Assembly: GCA_026770705.1 (NCBI GenBank) | Contig: JANJGN010000026.1 | Span: forward strand, 29,698,001 to 29,762,000 | Origin: Isurus oxyrinchus | Lineage: Eukaryota | Length of the DNA: 64,000 nucleotides | Direction of reading: 5' to 3' | Part shown: positions 24,920-37,368 of the stretch, in pieces | How positions within the stretch are numbered: the first letter of the stretch is position 1 | Layout: each line of letters starts with the position of its first letter | Program-made: the position numbers and the translations under genes | The notes under the pieces: model-generated | What the model was told of the DNA's origin: nothing | The model's input: the letters and a program-made list of their open reading frames with translations, nothing else | Databases searched by the model: none

Positions 24920-27900
24920 GTAAGAACCATTCTCTTATTTAGTAACTGCTTTATTTGAGTCTTTGCTTTATACTTTTGTCTATTTTAATAATTGGTTGGT
25001 TCACTGAAACTTGGGTTTGGTGGATTCTGTATGGAGATATTTTACAATGTTTCATGTGATTCTGCTGAAATTGAGTTCTATAATTCCGCTGTGTCTCTAC
25101 AAAAAGGTGCTGCTGAGGGATTCAGTCCCTGGTTGTTGTGATTTGGTGTTTATCTGCTGAAGATACTGTGTGACCGGGTTACGTGAAATGTCTAACGTTT
25201 GTTTAAAAAAACAGCTTGACGTTTCTGCAATGTTTAATCTCGGTGACATCTAATGACTTCGGATTTTACCATCGACTGCACAAGGGTTCAAATATGTTTG
25301 AAATCAAGCCCAATATCAACAAAATATGCTTTAGTTTCAATATTAATCTATTGAACGCTTACGCACAATACTGTTGACATTATTCCATATTTCTGTTTAC
25401 TTTAATTATTCATTCATTTGGCGACGAGCGGGTTGTATGGATTAGACATTGAGATTTTCTTGCAATGTTACATTGGATTCTGTTGGAAGTGTTTGTTGAA
25501 TTGAGCTGCTTCTCCATGAAACCGGTTTCAGCCCCTCAGTGATGTGATTAGATGTTTTTCTCCTGAGGAGATTGTGTGTCTGGGTGACTTTGAACAAATA
25601 GAACTGGTAAAACAGTTTGGCGGTTCTGCATTGTCTCTGCTTTGTTTAAACTCGGTGATATGGAGCGGCTGCATGTTTTGTGATTGAATGGAAACAATCT
25701 ACGCAATTATATCTGCTTGAAGCGCGATTGTAGGCAGAAAACGGGCGGACTTCATAAATGGGAGAAAAGCGTTTAAAGATGTGTTAGAACATTTTGTTTT
25801 TATTTTATTTTGTTTTTAAGTCATAATTGCAGATTAAACTAAACCATGGATTAAGACGCTCAATCAGAGCATAATTTGTTATTGCAATCAGAAACTATAG
25901 AATTAACAAGTTTTCAAATTGTAGAGTAAAATTAATATAATTCAAGCAATTATAATGTGGTAATATTTCTCCATATTGACTGAACTGCTTTCATATTAAC
26001 CTAATTGATCATTAATCGTCTTTCACAATTCTGCTGTGTATTGCGCACAATTAACTTGATCGGGAAAATTTTTAGGGTGGAATAATTTTGTGATTATGTA
26101 TCAAAAAATTTCAATAAGAATATACTGATTCTACAGGATCGTTCGTTTCCACAAGAGATTTTGAATTTTTTTTAAATCCCTGATAACGTTTACATTGATT
26201 TAAAGAAGAGTTTGACATTGCAGTTTGGCTATATGTCTATCCGGTTATTACATTCTTTCTGTGCAGCCCTAACCATATTATTCCTTCAATGTCATTGGGA
26301 TTTGGTTAGCGAGATAATTGTCACTAATCTAATTGTAAACAGTTTTCTGTGGGTGGAATTCGCTGGCAGTCAAGGAATTGTTCTTATTTTTTTTTAACTG
26401 TAGGAAGGTGCAAACTGCGTATGAATAGAGATTGACAAGGAAAAGCTTGAAATTCGAACAGATTAATTTAATGGCAAACATTAATGTTAGTTTTGAACTT
26501 AATAACAACATCCTGTCTTCCATAGCTGTGCTGTACACAGGATAGAATTATAGGAGAAGAACAGATTATATCTGAGATTCATGCTTAATTCATATTAAAT
26601 ATTAAATTGAAGAGCAAAATCTCTAATCAATTTGCTGGTTTTATTTCAGTGGCGCAGATGATCTGAATGAATTTTTCTCATCAAATTGTACACTGATTAA
26701 TTTGGATCTTCTTTCAATGAACAATATATTTAACAATTAACTTATAGGGATTTTATCAAGGAAGCATTTTTATTGATAATAAGTAACAACAAAGGAACAT
26801 TTTTTTACATGTAGTTTTGAGTTAAGACAAGTTTGCTTTAGCAGCAGATTATGTTACAATTCATCGACAGTGAATGTGATGTGATCCCTGCCACATTTGA
26901 AAGTATTTAAAATATTCCACTCATAAATTCGTCGTGTGAATTACTCGATGAGAATAGATGAAATTTATGATTTCTCAATGCATTCAGAAACACGCATAGT
27001 TTACAATTTTGTACGTTAAAACAGAGCAATAGAAGTAAAAGTAAAATAGTAAATGGTGATTAGATTTAAGTAAAATTGATATCCTTGCCTGAATGTTACC
27101 ATCTTGTAATTTGAGGTTTATTGTTTAACATTGTTTCAGTGTCAGGTTGATTTAAATAAACCCCAATTATTTCACAAAGTACCAGGGAGAAACAAATTTT
27201 CAATTTTTGAAAACCATATTTTTCATATCATAGAGTAGAAATCAACTAACAAGGAAATTGATAATACCAAGATAATTAACTTACAATATAATATTAGGGA
27301 TAATTAATTCAACATAAATCAACTCCAACAATTAAGTAGTATAGTGATCATAATAGTGAATGCAAAATCTCAGTGGAGAGAATTTTTAATTTTATCCAAA
27401 ATGAATTTAGAAAAGAATATTTTTCTTACTCAGCTGTGCTCAGATCGATAAGGTGTTTCACCTTGATTTTATTGGTTATATTTATCCTTAAAATCAAATC
27501 AAATCAGCGGGTAATCAGTTTTCAATGTGAATGTTTCCTGATTTGTTTAATTCTTATTCTGTCATTGAGTCTCTGTTATGGACACCAAATTATCCTGAAT
27601 CTATTATTTGCTGTGCTTAGTTTCAGGGTAACTTAAATCTTACATTGTTTGGAGACTGGAGATTGCCAGGGAGAATTAGTTGAACTTAAAAGGGAGTTTT
27701 GAAATGAAAATCAGATTAATTTCAAAGAAGTTACAGAATAATTGCAGTAAATTGATCATTGATCAATTGGAATCAGCAGCTTGAATGAAATGGACAGATT
27801 GAACAGATCTGCTGGGAACTCACTTGTTGCACCATTTGTGTCTGTTCTGTTTCTGTGTATGTGGTCACTGTGCTGGGACCAGAAATCTTCCTGACTGGTT

Positions 27901-29559
27901 GTTAACCTTCTGGTTCACTCTCCTGTATTTCAGGAAGTGTAATTTAATGTATTTCTTCAAAAAAACTTGTATCGGTGTAAATTGTGAAAGTTTGACTTTT
28001 TGACCAGGCACCTCAGAAATGAGATGCCCAACTCATTGTGACAGTCAGTAAGGACAACTCAGAAACAACAGACAGACTGTCGAAGGAGATTTGGTCGATT
28101 TTAAATCATTGATGTACCTGTCTTGGGAGTGTTCGGTTAGGCAATGCAGAGAGAGCTCTATTCTATTTCAATCCGTGTTGTAGCAGTCCTTGACCGATTT
28201 GGTTGGATAGTGTGCAGGAAGAAATTAGCCTGTCTCTTATTTTTAATCCCATCATAGGATGTTGGGGTCCCTTGCAAGGCCAGCATTTGTTGTCCATCCC
28301 TAATTACCCCTTGCAGTACTGTTGATATGCCGCTTCATTGAATAATTCCCAGTGCACTCAGTGCTGTTCTGTCCAGAGTTCCGGGATTTTAACCCATTGA
28401 CAGTGAAGGAATGACGATATTGTTCCAAGTCAGGATGGTGGGTGCTTTGGAGGAGAACGTATAGAGGGCAGTGTTCCCCAGCACCTGCTGCCCTTGTCCT
28501 TCTAGTTAGGAGAGGTCATGGTTTCTGATGCTGCTATCGAAAGAGTCTTGGCGAGCTGCTGCAGTCCATCTTGTATATGGCACGCCTGTTGTCACTGTGC
28601 ATCGGTGGGGGAGGGATTGAATGTTTTAGGTAGTGCATGGGGTGCCAATTCTGTGGGCTGCTTTGGCCCGGATAGTATCGAGTTTCTTGGGACTTTTTGA
28701 ACTTTGACTCATTGAAGCAATGTGCCTTGGAGATGGTGAGTTGTCTTTGGGCGATAGGAGTTGAATTACTCACCACAGAATTCCCAGCCTTTGACCGACT
28801 TTTGCAGCCACAGCATTTATATCAAAACCGAATTGAATCCTGTCCTGGACATATTTGATGGGACAATGTAGAGGGAGTTTTATATCAAACCAGTGCTGTA
28901 CCTGACACGAAGTGTTTGGTAGTTCAGTGGAGAGATGGCTTCCTGTTGAATCCCACCCTTGCAGCTGATGACAGGAGTGTATTGGGGGAGGAATGGGGGT
29001 TTTAATCCATATCTTAACTTGTCCTGTGCCTGACCTGAGAGCCTTCTCCCCGCAGAGGTCAAACACACTGAATCAGCATCGAACTAACTGGCTGTGAGTC
29101 CTCCAGCCAGATCTGCGAAAATAAATTGTTCCATTGCTCGTGTGAAATGACGTTAATTGTTTTTAACAATATTTTTAAAGACAACATTTATATATTTTAA
29201 TGAAATAATTACGTTTAACATTTTGAGAATCAGAAAATCAATGAATGTAAGTGACCTGAACTTGAGAACAATTTCAGCACAAACAGAATCAGGGAGTGAC
29301 AGTGAGGCTCCAGACAGCAGCGCCTGTTCTGATCTGATCAGAGGCTGCGAGTTATTTAAATGATTGAAATGGACAATGACCAGGCCCCCGCTCCAAATAA
29401 CCAGCCGCTGGGGATTTAGGGAAAAAGGAGCCACCATCAAAAACTGAGTCATTGGATTGCTGCCTGCAGGAGGAGGAATGAATGACAGAAATGAAAGCAT
29501 GAGGAGGACATTCGACCCTTTGATCCTGCCCTCCATTCAGTAAGATCATGGCTGATGTA

Positions 29560-30570
29560 CCTCGACACACTCAGTTTCTTTACCACACACACGCTTACTC
29601 ACTCACTCTCTCTGTCACACATGCTTTCTCTCACACACGTGTACTCTCTCTCACATGCACTTTCTCTGACAGACAAACTCTCTCGTTCTATCTGTCACAC
29701 ACACACATTCTTTCTTTCACACACAAACTCTCTTTAACACGCACACACTCAGTCTCTCACGCATTTCCTCTCTTTCACTCACACTCTCACACAGACACTC
29801 ACACTCTCTCATACACATACATTCGCACCTACACACAGTCTTACACACGTGCACACTAACTCTCTCACACACACATGCACTTACTCATTCTCACACATGC
29901 ACTCTCACACACACAAGCATACCCAGTCTCTCTCACATATATGCATCCTCTCTCCCACACACAGACACACTCTTACCCATTCACACACTCTCCATTCTCT
30001 CTCACACACACATACAGACACATCATACACTCTCTCACATGCGGATCCTCATTGTCTCTCTCTCTCTCACGCACACACAGAAACACAAACACATTCACTC
30101 TCAAGCATAAAAATCTGTTTCTCTCACACATGCAGTCTCTCTCATTCTCTCCCTCTCTCTCACTCACACACACACACTCTCTCTCCCTCTGAGACACACC
30201 GTGGCTCACTCCTTCACACAATCTTTCTCTCTCCCACACACACACGTTCTCTTTTCACACACTACCTCACACACTTATACTACCTATCACTCACAACTAT
30301 ACACACACACTTCCTCTCTCTTTCTCACTCTCTCTCTCTCACACAGTCGTTCTCTCTCACACACACATTCTCTATCGCAGACATTCTCACACGTATACTT
30401 CCTATGACACACACATACATACACATACTCTCCCTCTTTCTCTCACACACTCTCTCTCCCTCTCACACACATACATACACACACACACTCTCTCTCTCTC
30501 TCTCCCTCTCTCACATTCACTCTCACACACACTCTCTCTCTCACACTTTTTTTCTTCTTCTCACAAACCT
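29560..30570. repeat. Low-complexity (CA)/(CT) tract in the J-Cmu intron
   Basis: Degenerate CA/CT dinucleotide repeats; source of the His/Thr/Ser-rich pseudo-ORFs. Confidence 0.9.
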
Positions 30571-30940
30571 ATAAAATTCTTACAGGACTAGACAGGGTAG
30601 ATGCAGGAACGATGTTCCTGATGGTGGGGGAGTCCAGAACCAGGGGTCACAGTCTGAGGATATGGGGTAGACCATTTAGGACTGAGATGAGGAGAAATTT
30701 CTTCACCCAGAGAGTGGTGAGCCTGTGGAATTCATTACCATGGAAAGTAGTTGAGACCAAAACATTGTATGTTTTCAAGAATGAGTTAGATATAGAATTT
30801 GGGGTGAAAGGGATCACAGGGTATTGGGAGAAAGTGGGAGCAGGCTAGTGAGTTGGATGATCATCCATGATCATAACGAATGGCGGAGCAGGCTCGAAGG
30901 GCTGAATAGCCTACTCCTGCTCCTAGTTTCTATGTTTCTA
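30571..30940 (+). mobile_element. CR1 LINE 3' end
   Basis: Reads ESRTRGHSLRIWGRPFRTEMRRNFFTQRVVSLWNSLP, followed by a (ctatgttt) tail. Confidence 0.9.
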
Positions 30941-31417
30941 TATATATACACACACACTTGCATGCACACTCTCTCTCTCTCTCTCACGCACACATACACA
31001 TAGTCTCTCACACAGAAGTGGGCTGAAAAGATTCATTGCAGAATTAAAATCCACTAAGCTGCATGTTCATTGTTCCATTTCTGATGTTTTTTGTGGAAAA
31101 TGAAATTACACATGTGACATCACTATATATGTGGAGAATTTCGAAGTGTGGAACCAGACACAAAGAAACAAGAAAAGGGGAGGGATGTGGCGGAGACCAT
31201 GGCCGTCTGGATCCCCAATACTGGTGCACACTTGGTGCAAGATGCCTGCACGGCCCATCCTGGTTTTGCTGTAACCTTCCTCTCCAGCCCCCTCAGTCTG
31301 CCTATTCACGCACTGACACGGATTTCTCAAAGAAAGGCATCGACATTAAAACAGCTGGCCAGCGATCTACACTGCTGCCTGACTTTACGCAGCCGGTGTT
31401 ACTGAAAGCTGATCAAT

Positions 31418-31585
31418 ATGGAGAATCGGGACAGGTTCGATGGAGAGGAAGAGGAGGAGGTGGAGGTAGTGGAACCAAATGGAGGAGCCCCCCACTCGGC
31501 TGTGGACAACAGGAAATGGAAAGCTGAGCTGGAGCAGAAAATCATCTGGAGAAACATCATCTTGATGAGCCTGCAGCACCTGGGC
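31418..31585 (+). pseudogene. scd5: Truncated 5' coding fragment of a stearoyl-CoA (delta-9) desaturase, SCD5-like
   Basis: ATG-initiated MENRDRFDGEEEEEVEVVEPNGGAPHSAVDNRKWKAELEQKIIWRNIILMSLQHLG. The end matches the SCD motif IVWRNVVLMSLLHLG, then breaks into a TCAC-rich repeat. Confidence 0.65.
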
Positions 31586-31589
31586 ACCT

Positions 31590-32160
31590 CACTACCCACA
31601 AAAACTCACGCTCACTACCCACAATCACTCACACTCACTCACCATCACTCCCTCACTCACCCTCACTCACTCACCCTCACTCACTCACCCACCTTCATTC
31701 ATCCTCATTCACTCACCATCAATTGCTCATTCACCCGCACTCACTCACGCACCCTCACTCATTCTTACACACCCAGCCTCATTCACACTCATTCACCCAC
31801 CCTTACTTATCCATCCTCACTTATCCTCACTCAGATTCACTCACACACCCATCCTCACTCACCTACATTCACTCACACTCAATAACTCATTCATCCACCC
31901 TCAAACACCTACTCACCCTCACTCACATCCCGACCCTCACATAACCACCAACCCTCACTCACCCACTCACCTACCCTCAATCAATCACCTACCCTCATTC
32001 ACTCATCCAGCCTTACTTACCCACATTCAGACACCCACCCACGCTCACTCACCACCTACCCTCACTCATTCCTTCATACACCCACACAACCTCACTCACC
32101 CAGCCACCCACCCTCACTCTGTCACTCAGCCATCTTCACTCTGTCAATCATGCACATGCT
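31590..32160. repeat. C-rich (TCAC/CCCTCACT) low-complexity tract
   Basis: Degenerate tetranucleotide repeats with almost no G on the + strand. Confidence 0.9.
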
Positions 32161-32269
32161 AATTCACACGATCACTTTTCATAAATCAGTGTGTGGAAGG
32201 GCGAGATCTGCGGGAAGAGAGACCTGGAAGTGAGGACTGAGGCCTAGCCATTCCGGAAAGTGGAGCATA

Positions 32270-33665
32270 GCCCAAGGGAGCGACGAGCGTCGGTGGAAAG
32301 GGCAGAGAGGCGGGGCTAAAGTGCAGAGAGCCTGGGGGAAAGGGCAGGAAGACAGGGGGAAGGGAAGAGAGTCGGGGTAACGGGCAGTGATCTAGTGGAA
32401 GGTGCATAGAGATGAGGCAAAGGTCAGCGAACCGGGTAACGGGCAGAGACCCGTGGAGTAAGTGCAGAGAGCTGGGAGAGAAAGGATAGAGAGGTGGGGC
32501 GGGGAAGAAAGGGCAGAGAGGTGGGAGGGGGAAAGGGCAGAGAGGCGGGAGGGGGAAAGGGCAGAGAGGTGGGAGGGGAAGAGGGCAGAGAGGTGGGAGG
32601 GGGAAAGCCAGAGAGGCAGCAGGGGGACAGGGCAGAGAAACAGCATGGGGGCAAGGGCATAGAGGCGGGAGAGGGAAAGGGAAGAGCGGAGGGGAGGTTC
32701 AAGGCAGAGAAGCGAGGGGCAGGGGAAGGGCAGAGAGATGATGGAAAGGGCAGAGAGATGGGGGAAAGGTCAGCGAGCTGGGGGACAGGTCACAGAGTTG
32801 GGCAAAAGTGCAGAGGGCCTTGGAGTAAGTTCAGAGAGCTGGGGGAGAAAGCGCAGAGAGGCGGGAGGGGGAAAGGGCAGAGAGGCGGGAGGGTGAAAGG
32901 GCAGAGACCCCGGAGGGGGAAAGGGCTGAGAGGTGGGAGGGGGAAAGGGCAGAAGGGCGGGTGGGGGAAAGGACAGAGAGGCGGGAGGGGAAAGGGCAGA
33001 GAGATGATGGAAAGGGTAGAGAGATGGAGAAAGTTCAGAGAGTCGGGAGAAAGTGCACAGGCCCCTGGAGTAAGTGACAAGAGCTGGGGGAGAAAGGGTA
33101 TAGAGGCAGGAGGGCCACAGGGCAGACAGGCAGGGGATGAAGGGCAGCAGGGTGATGGAAAGGTCAGTGAAACAGTGAAAAAGTCAGATAGCCAGGCGAA
33201 AGCACAGAGAGCTGTGGAGTAAATGCAGAGAGGTGGGAGGTGGAAAGGGCAGCGAGGCGGGGGAAAGGGCAGAGAAGCGGAAGGCTGGAAGGGCAGAGGG
33301 GGCTGGGAATGGGCAGAGGGGAGGGGGAAAAGTCAGCAAGGAGGTGGCGAAAGGACAGAGAGGAGGGAGGAAGGGCAGAGAGGTGATGTAAAGGGCAGAG
33401 AAATGGGGAAAAGTTCAGAGAGCCAGGCGAAAGTGCAGAGAATCTTGGATTAAGTGCAGAGAGCTGGGGAGAAGGGGCAGAGAGCCAGGAGGGGGAAAGG
33501 GCAGAGAAGCGGGGGCAAAGGGCAGAGAGACATGGGGGAAGGGACTGAGAGGCGGGAGGTAGGGAAGGGCAGAGGGAGGGTCAGGGCAGAAGGCAGGGTT
33601 GCGGTGGGCAGAGGGGCGGGGGGAAGGTCAGAGAGGCATGTGAAAGTGCAGAGAGTTGGGCTATA
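32270..33665 (+). repeat. G-rich purine repeat tract (GGGGAAAGGGCAGAGAGGCGGGA-type units, GAGCTGGG motifs)
   Basis: Strong G/A bias on the sense strand. The higher-order unit ggagtaagtgcagagagctggg recurs near 32455, 32822, 33067, 33216 and 33447. Confidence 0.9.
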
Positions 33666-33725
33666 GTGAGGAGAGCCGGGCGAAAGCAGTTGTGAGCCGA
33701 GGCCCCAGGCGGCCTGGGTCCCACT

Positions 33726-33767
<42 letters not shown>

Positions 33768-34124
33768 TTGTCTCTCCTCCTCCTGAAATTGTTTCTATTC
33801 CCGTGGAAAGGCGCTAAATGCCTGGGATAGAAGGAAAACAATGTCTCTGTGCCCTTCCCCCCTGCTCCCTGCACCTTTCTCCAGTGGGTGTTCACTGCCC
33901 CTCCAATCACAATCTGTTTGTCTCCCAATTTTACTGCTGATAGGCCCACAAGCCAGCCTACCAGGTGCTAACGGGATAGAGTGATTGAAGGAGCAGCTCC
34001 TTGCAGATTCCTTCAGCTCCACTTACCTGTTCTAACAGCATTTTGAACAACGGCTCCAGGGGCCATATAGAGGTGCTTCGGGGGCCACAACCCAGCCAGG
34101 GGACAGGGATTGGACAAGCCTGTA

Positions 34125-35390
34125 ATAAAGGAAAATAAGGAAATGGGCAGAGAAGTTGCACAAATATTTTGGCCTTAACGACGTGGTTATTAAAATAGCA
34201 CAGGCATTAGTTTTAATTTTCCAAAATTCCCTAGATTCTGGAAAAGTCTCATCTGATTACTACACAAAATAATGGTGTCGGCTGTAACAGTTGAGCATGG
34301 GTAGAAGTTTGGTTAGCTAACAGGAAACAGAAAGTTGGGATAAATTGTTTATTTTAGGTTGGCAAGATGTGACAAGTGAAGTGCCACAGGGATCAATGAT
34401 GCAGCCTCAACTATTTACAATTTTTATCAATGACTGAACGAAAGGACTGAATGAATTTGCTGATAACACAAAGATAGACAGGAACGTAAATGGTGAAGAG
34501 AGGATAAAGGTCAGCAAAGGGACATAGATAGGTTAAGTGAGTGGGCAAAAAAATGAAGATGCCGTATAATGTGGAAATATATAAACTTGTCCACTTTGGA
34601 TTGAAGAATACAAAAGCAGCATATTATTGAAAAGCAGAGAGATTGCAGAACCCTGAGGTACAGAGGGATGTGGATCCCTTCGTGCATGAATCACAAGAAG
34701 TTATAATACAGGAACAGCAAGTGGTGAGGAAGGCAAGGGGAATCTTGTCATTTATTGCAAAGGGAATAAATATAAAAATAAGGATGTTTTGCTACAGTTT
34801 AACAGGGCGTTGATGAGACCTCGCCTGAATTACTGCATACAGATTTGGCCTTTTTAAGAAAGGATATAAAAGCATTGGAAGCTGTTCAGAGAATGTTAAT
34901 TTAAGTGATACTGGGAGGTGTTGTCGGTTATCTCATGAGGAAAGTTTGAATAGGCTGGGCCTGTATCCATTGGAGTTTAAAAGAATGAGAACTGCTGTAA
35001 TTGAAACATATAAGATCCTGAGGGGAATTGACAGGGTGGATGCTGAAAGGATGTTTCCCTTTGTGAGAGAGACTAACGATAGGGAACACGGTTTAAAAAT
35101 AAGAGGTCTCCCATTTCAGACGGAAATGAGGGGATTTTATTTTTCTCTCAAGGGTCATGAAACTTTGGAACTCTCTTCCCCAGAGACCGATGGAGGAGGA
35201 GTCATTAATATTTCAAGGCAGAGGTAGACAGATTCTTCATTGACAAGGAAGTCAAAGGTTAGCAGAGAGTAGGCTGGAATGTGGAGTTAACGCCACAATC
35301 AGATCATCTATGATTGTAGTGAATGTTGGAGGAGGCTCGAGAGGCCGAATGGCCTACTCTTGCCACTGATCCGCATGTTCATGTGTACAT
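34125..35390 (+). mobile_element. CR1 LINE fragment (degraded RT to 3' UTR)
   Basis: gtgccacagggatc (VPQG), tttgctgataacacaaag (FADNTK) and RLGLYPLEFKRMR motifs. Confidence 0.88.
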
Positions 35391-35942
35391 ACGATTGGAA
35401 AATGTGGTAATTACTGTAACTGGTATTCAATTTAGAGTTCTGTGGTCATTATATAGGTACCATTACAAAGGTACTTTCGAAGTGTCGTTGCTATTCTTTG
35501 TTTTGGGGGGGGACGTGGAGAGGGGAGGGGGCATCAGCCAATTTGAACAGAGCCAATTTCCAAACTGCAATGATCTGAATGACGAGACAATTTCTCTATC
35601 ACTAAGTGCTGTTGATTGAGAAATAAATGGTGGCGAAATAATGGGGAAAATCCTCTGCCCTTCCATTTCAATTCAATGAAAGATACGTCATTCAGATGAC
35701 ATCAAAATGTTCTATTTTAGTCATGGGACAGAGGCGGAAAAAGAGGTGTGGGTTTCTAAAGAGGGAACCGACAGATGATGATCACTAAATTATGGAAATA
35801 ATAAATGATCAAATGTGGATGTGGGTTTTAGTTGGAATAGATTAGGATATGTTTAGAGTTATAGTCATATTATGAGTTGTTTGGTTACTTAATGATCACA
35901 AATCACAGAGTCTAACTTGTTCAATCGGCCATTCTTTCCCAG

Positions 35943-36242
35943 CGACACCGTCTCCACCCACTCTCTACAGCCTGGTCTCCTCCTGTCAGCAACACAACAC
36001 CGACGGATCTGTCACCTACGGCTGTTTGGCGATGGACTACTCCCCAGATATCACCAGCCTGACCTGGAAGAAATATGGGCAGCAGATCACCACTGGGTTT
36101 AAGACTTACCCGTCAGTGAGAAACCAGAAGGGAACCTTCACCCTGAGCAGCCAGATAATCATCACCAAGTCAGAGGGAGATTGTAGCAAAATCATGTGTG
36201 AGGTTCAATACCGCGGCTCAGCCAAGACCATTGGAATGCCAT
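35943..36242 (+). CDS. IGHM: IgM Cmu1 exon
   Basis: Acceptor ctttcccag|cg. Translates (A)[43 protein letters not shown]...[18 protein letters not shown]. Donor t|gtaagt. Confidence 0.95.
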
Positions 36243-36456
36243 GTAAGTGTTGGGGAACCTGTGAGAAACAGAAAGGCTGTAATTGACCTGTATAGGGCCT
36301 TGGTTATAATACATTTATAATGCTCTGCATAGTTTTGATCCCTGTAAATTCCAGGTTAGTGTCCATTGACCGCAAAGAGCCTGTTAAACTATAAGAACTC
36401 ATTGTATCTGTTATCAATTTCTTCTGCAAGAAATGTCTAACCTGTGCTTTTTGAAG

Positions 36457-36768
36457 GTGCTGACGTCTTCCCTCCAATTGTTCTCCTCACCGTGAGTCCC
36501 CGGGAAGAAATCACAACCAACAAATTTGCAACCGTCGTCTGTTCAATCATCGATTTCCGTCCAAAGTCAATGACCGTGAAGTGGCTGAAGAATGGACAAC
36601 CCATGGATTCAGGAATTGTCACCTCTCCCGTCTTTGAAGTAAACGGGAACTTCTCGGCGACCAGTCGGCTGAAAGTCTCCGCTGGGGAATGGTTCACCGA
36701 TGCAGTCTATACCTGTCAGGTCACTCACCAAGGGGTCACCCAAAGTCGAAACGCCACCAAGTGTGAGG
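36457..36768 (+). CDS. IGHM: IgM Cmu2 exon
   Basis: Acceptor ttttgaag|gt. Translates (C)[46 protein letters not shown]...[20 protein letters not shown]. Donor g|gtaaga. Confidence 0.95.
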
Positions 36769-37368
36769 GTAAGAAATGAAAACGTAGGAAGCAATAGATC
36801 ATTCTCCTCTCCGGTGTTAATCAAATCAGGAATTTATTGGAGTTAGTAGACGGAACAACTTCTAATTTACTATCATGTAGTTATTGGTTAATTCCGATGT
36901 AATGGCTGCATTCGGATTGTTCACCATTCAGGATTTTATCACATCACGTCTCTACATTGACGTCATAGAGTGAGTGAGGTGGACTTGATATCAGCTTTAC
37001 CCTGAGTCAGCTGATCATATCTGGAGAGACAGAATGTGTCTGGCACTCTTCGCTGGTAACAGCTTCGGGATAGAGTGTTGGAAAGTGCATCCACCCTATT
37101 TATAAAACAGCTTTCAGTACTGCATTCCAGGGCCCAGGAATGATACATCTGTAGATTCATGAGAATGTTACCGGGGCTGAACGACTTGAATTATGAGAAC
37201 GATTTACACAGACCAAGCTGCTTTTCCATTGTATAAAGAAAATTAAAGACGATAGTTAGATGTTGATATGTCCAAGGTGATTTATTCTCCTTCAGGGAGT
37301 GAAGGCTGCATACTGCTGTCCTGTTCCCGAAGGTGAAACTTTGGTTGATCTTCATTTCTGTCTCACAG

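Noticed and set aside
27866-27872. cactgtg heptamer in the J-C intron as a second J RSS
   Set aside because: No nonamer at the correct spacing and no WGxG frame downstream.
29548-33666. Long His/Thr/Ser-rich and Gly/Arg-rich ORFs (e.g. 29849-30574, 32494-33222)
   Set aside because: They are by-products of low-complexity repeats that lack stop codons.
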